In this document: positions 62,477 through 64,000 of the stretch, piece by piece
Layout of the letters: each line of letters starts with the position of its first letter
Position numbering within the stretch: the stretch's first letter is position 1
Origin: Carpediemonas membranifera BICM
Lineage: Eukaryota > Protista > Fornicata
DNA: 64,000 bases
Direction: 5' to 3'
NCBI GenBank assembly: GCA_019828565.1
Contig: JAHDYR010000053.1
Coordinates: 966,272 to 1,030,271, forward strand
Made by a program: the position numbers and the translations under genes
Notes under the pieces: model-generated
What the model saw: the letters and a program-made list of their open reading frames with translations, nothing else
What the model was told of the DNA's origin: nothing
Database searches by the model: none

Positions 62477-64000
62477 ATGCTTGCACGATCAAGCACCTTA
62501 GCAGTACAAAACCGCCACGGAAATGGTCCTCAGCCAGCGAAAAGCGGCGAGGATTCCGTCAGTGAGCTGAAAGAACAGATCGCTGGGTTCACCCGGCAAA
62601 TACGAGAACTTGTGGACAGTAATAGCAGCCTGAAGTCACAGCTGTACAGTGCAGAGGTAGACCAGAGCCTCCACAAGATTGAAGTGGCTGCACTGAAGAA
62701 AGAGAACAGCAAGTTGGCGTCTGATAACGCAACCTTGCAGGAGAGCCGCAGCGACATGGAAGCGGAGACCTACGCCCTCAAGGCCCAACTGGAGCAGCTC
62801 GCCGAGGAGCGGGACGAGGCCAAGGTCGCCATGGCCCGCAGTGCAAAGAGCTTAAGACGAGAGAGCTCGGCAAAGCTGTCGAGCGAGCAGGCAATTGGTG
62901 ACTATATCGCGCGCATCACGGCGCTCGAGGCTGAGCTCAAGGCGCGCGACGAGGACGACGCGAACACCCGCGCCAGCAACGCGAAGAAGCTCGCCGAGGT
63001 CGACAACCGCACCGCGCAGCTCGACGGCACCATCGCCGAGCTCGAGGCGAAGCTCGCCGAGTCGACCCGCGAGGCTGAGACCCTCCGCGCCGAGGTCGCG
63101 AAGTACAGCGAGCGCGAGGCCGTTTGTAGCGGAGAGCGCGGCGCCGACGAGATGCAGGCCGAGATCGAGCGCCTGCGCACGAGCTTGAACACCAGTGAAA
63201 ACGCCGCAGCGGAGAAGATCGCGGCGCTTCAGCACGAGATCGAGCTCCACGACCGCGACGAGCCGAAGATCGCCGCCCGCATCGCAGAGCTTGAGGCTGC
63301 CGTCGCCAACTCCCAGAGCGAGCTTGACCAGACGCGCGACGAGCTTGAAGACGTTCGCGCCACCCGCGCCGACATCAGCGCCGCCTCGCTGGCCGACCTG
63401 AAAACTCAGCTCGAGTCGGCCCAGGCCGAGCGCGACCAGGCGAAGATCGACGCTAATGTTGCCCGTTCGTCGCTGAAGCAGTACGGCTCCGACGAGGAAT
63501 CCACCAAGAAGACGATCGACGACTATGTCGCGCGCATCACGGCGCTCGAGGCTGAGCTCAAGGCGCGCGACGAGGACGACGCGAACACCCGCGCCAGCAA
63601 CGCGAAGAAGCTCGCCGAGGTCGACAACCGCACCGCGCAGCTCGACGGCACCATCGCCGAGCTCGAGGCGAAGCTCGCCGAGTCGACCCGCGAGGCTGAG
63701 ACCCTCCGCGCCGAGGTCGCGAAGTACAGCGAGCGCGAGGCCGTTTGTAGCGGAGAGCGCGGCGCCGACGAGATGCAGGCCGAGATCGAGCGCCTGCGCA
63801 CGAGCTTGAACACCAGTGAAAACGCCGCAGCGGAGAAGATCGCGGCGCTTCAGCACGAGATCGAGCTCCACGACCGCGACGAGCCGAAGATCGCCGCCCG
63901 CATCGCAGAGCTTGAGGCTGCCGTCGCCAACTCCCAGAGCGAGCTTGACCAGACGCGCGACGAGCTTGAAGACGTTCGCGCCACCCGCGCCGACATCAGC
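62477..64000 (+). CDS. Coiled-coil protein with 207-aa tandem repeats; runs off the window end
   Basis: Open frame from ATG 62477 (MLARSS...SVSELKEQI...DYIARITALEAELKAR...) to the end of the window. It is absent from the ORF track, presumably because it has no stop in the window. Confidence 0.8.
   Translation, partial: MLARSSTLAVQNRHGNGPQPAKSGEDSVSELKEQIAGFTRQIRELVDSNSSLKSQLYSAEVDQSLHKIEVAALKKENSKLASDNATLQESRSDMEAETYALKAQLEQLAEERDEAKVAMARSAKSLRRESSAKLSSEQAIGDYIARITALEAELKARDEDDANTRASNAKKLAEVDNRTAQLDGTIAELEAKLAESTREAETLRAEVAKYSEREAVCSGERGADEMQAEIERLRTSLNTSENAAAEKIAALQHEIELHDRDEPKIAARIAELEAAVANSQSELDQTRDELEDVRATRADISAASLADLKTQLESAQAERDQAKIDANVARSSLKQYGSDEESTKKTIDDYVARITALEAELKARDEDDANTRASNAKKLAEVDNRTAQLDGTIAELEAKLAESTREAETLRAEVAKYSEREAVCSGERGADEMQAEIERLRTSLNTSENAAAEKIAALQHEIELHDRDEPKIAARIAELEAAVANSQSELDQTRDELEDVRATRADIS
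62900..64000 (+). repeat. Tandem repeat, 621-bp period, near-identical units (at least 1.8 copies visible)
   Basis: GACTATATCGCGCGCATC at 62900 recurs as GACTATGTCGCGCGCATC at 63521, and the following sequence appears identical. Confidence 0.95.

Noticed and set aside
14169-63871. Long antisense ORFs opposite ODC, the KH gene, tubulin, eRF1, dynein, GRP94 and the repeat gene
   Set aside because: Expected shadows of strong GC3 codon bias. No recognisable domains.
1-64000. CRISPR arrays, tRNA, rRNA and spliceosomal snRNA genes
   Set aside because: No repeat-spacer pattern, cloverleaf or diagnostic U1/U2/U5/U6 motifs found by eye. A covariance-model scan could still find divergent ones.

Overview
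Gene-dense (~60% GC in CDS) eukaryotic nuclear DNA from a flagellated protist using the standard genetic code. TAA, TAG and TGA are all used as stops, and eRF1 has canonical motifs. Intergenic regions are very short and introns are rare and tiny (28-36 nt, GT..AG). The overall style suggests a free-living fornicate/metamonad such as Carpediemonas, but this is inference only. About 27 protein genes are present: TmcB-like membrane protein, kelch/Cys-rich secreted protein, LEKR1-like, ornithine decarboxylase, multi-KH protein, Tpt1/KptA, glutathione synthetase, TM2 protein, alpha-tubulin, V-ATPase a, RRM protein, MLF, GPI-EtNP transferase, eRF1, MOB4, SWI3/SMARCC, Rex1-like exonuclease, Rab24-like, inner-arm dynein heavy chain, RCC1-like family members, GRP94 and a tandem-repeat coiled coil. 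Two features not evident from the ORF track stand out. (1) A frameshifted C-terminal remnant of a Fanzor1/TnpB-type RuvC nuclease (38.44-39.0 kb) is followed by a strongly structured omega-RNA-like segment with UNCG and CUUG tetraloops. (2) A 330-bp mobile element occurs twice (328/330 identical), with different 3-bp target-site duplications and no terminal inverted repeats. It is exactly 110 stop-free codons on its minus strand, and one copy interrupts a host gene. The ODC and KptA genes look bacterial and are lateral-transfer candidates.
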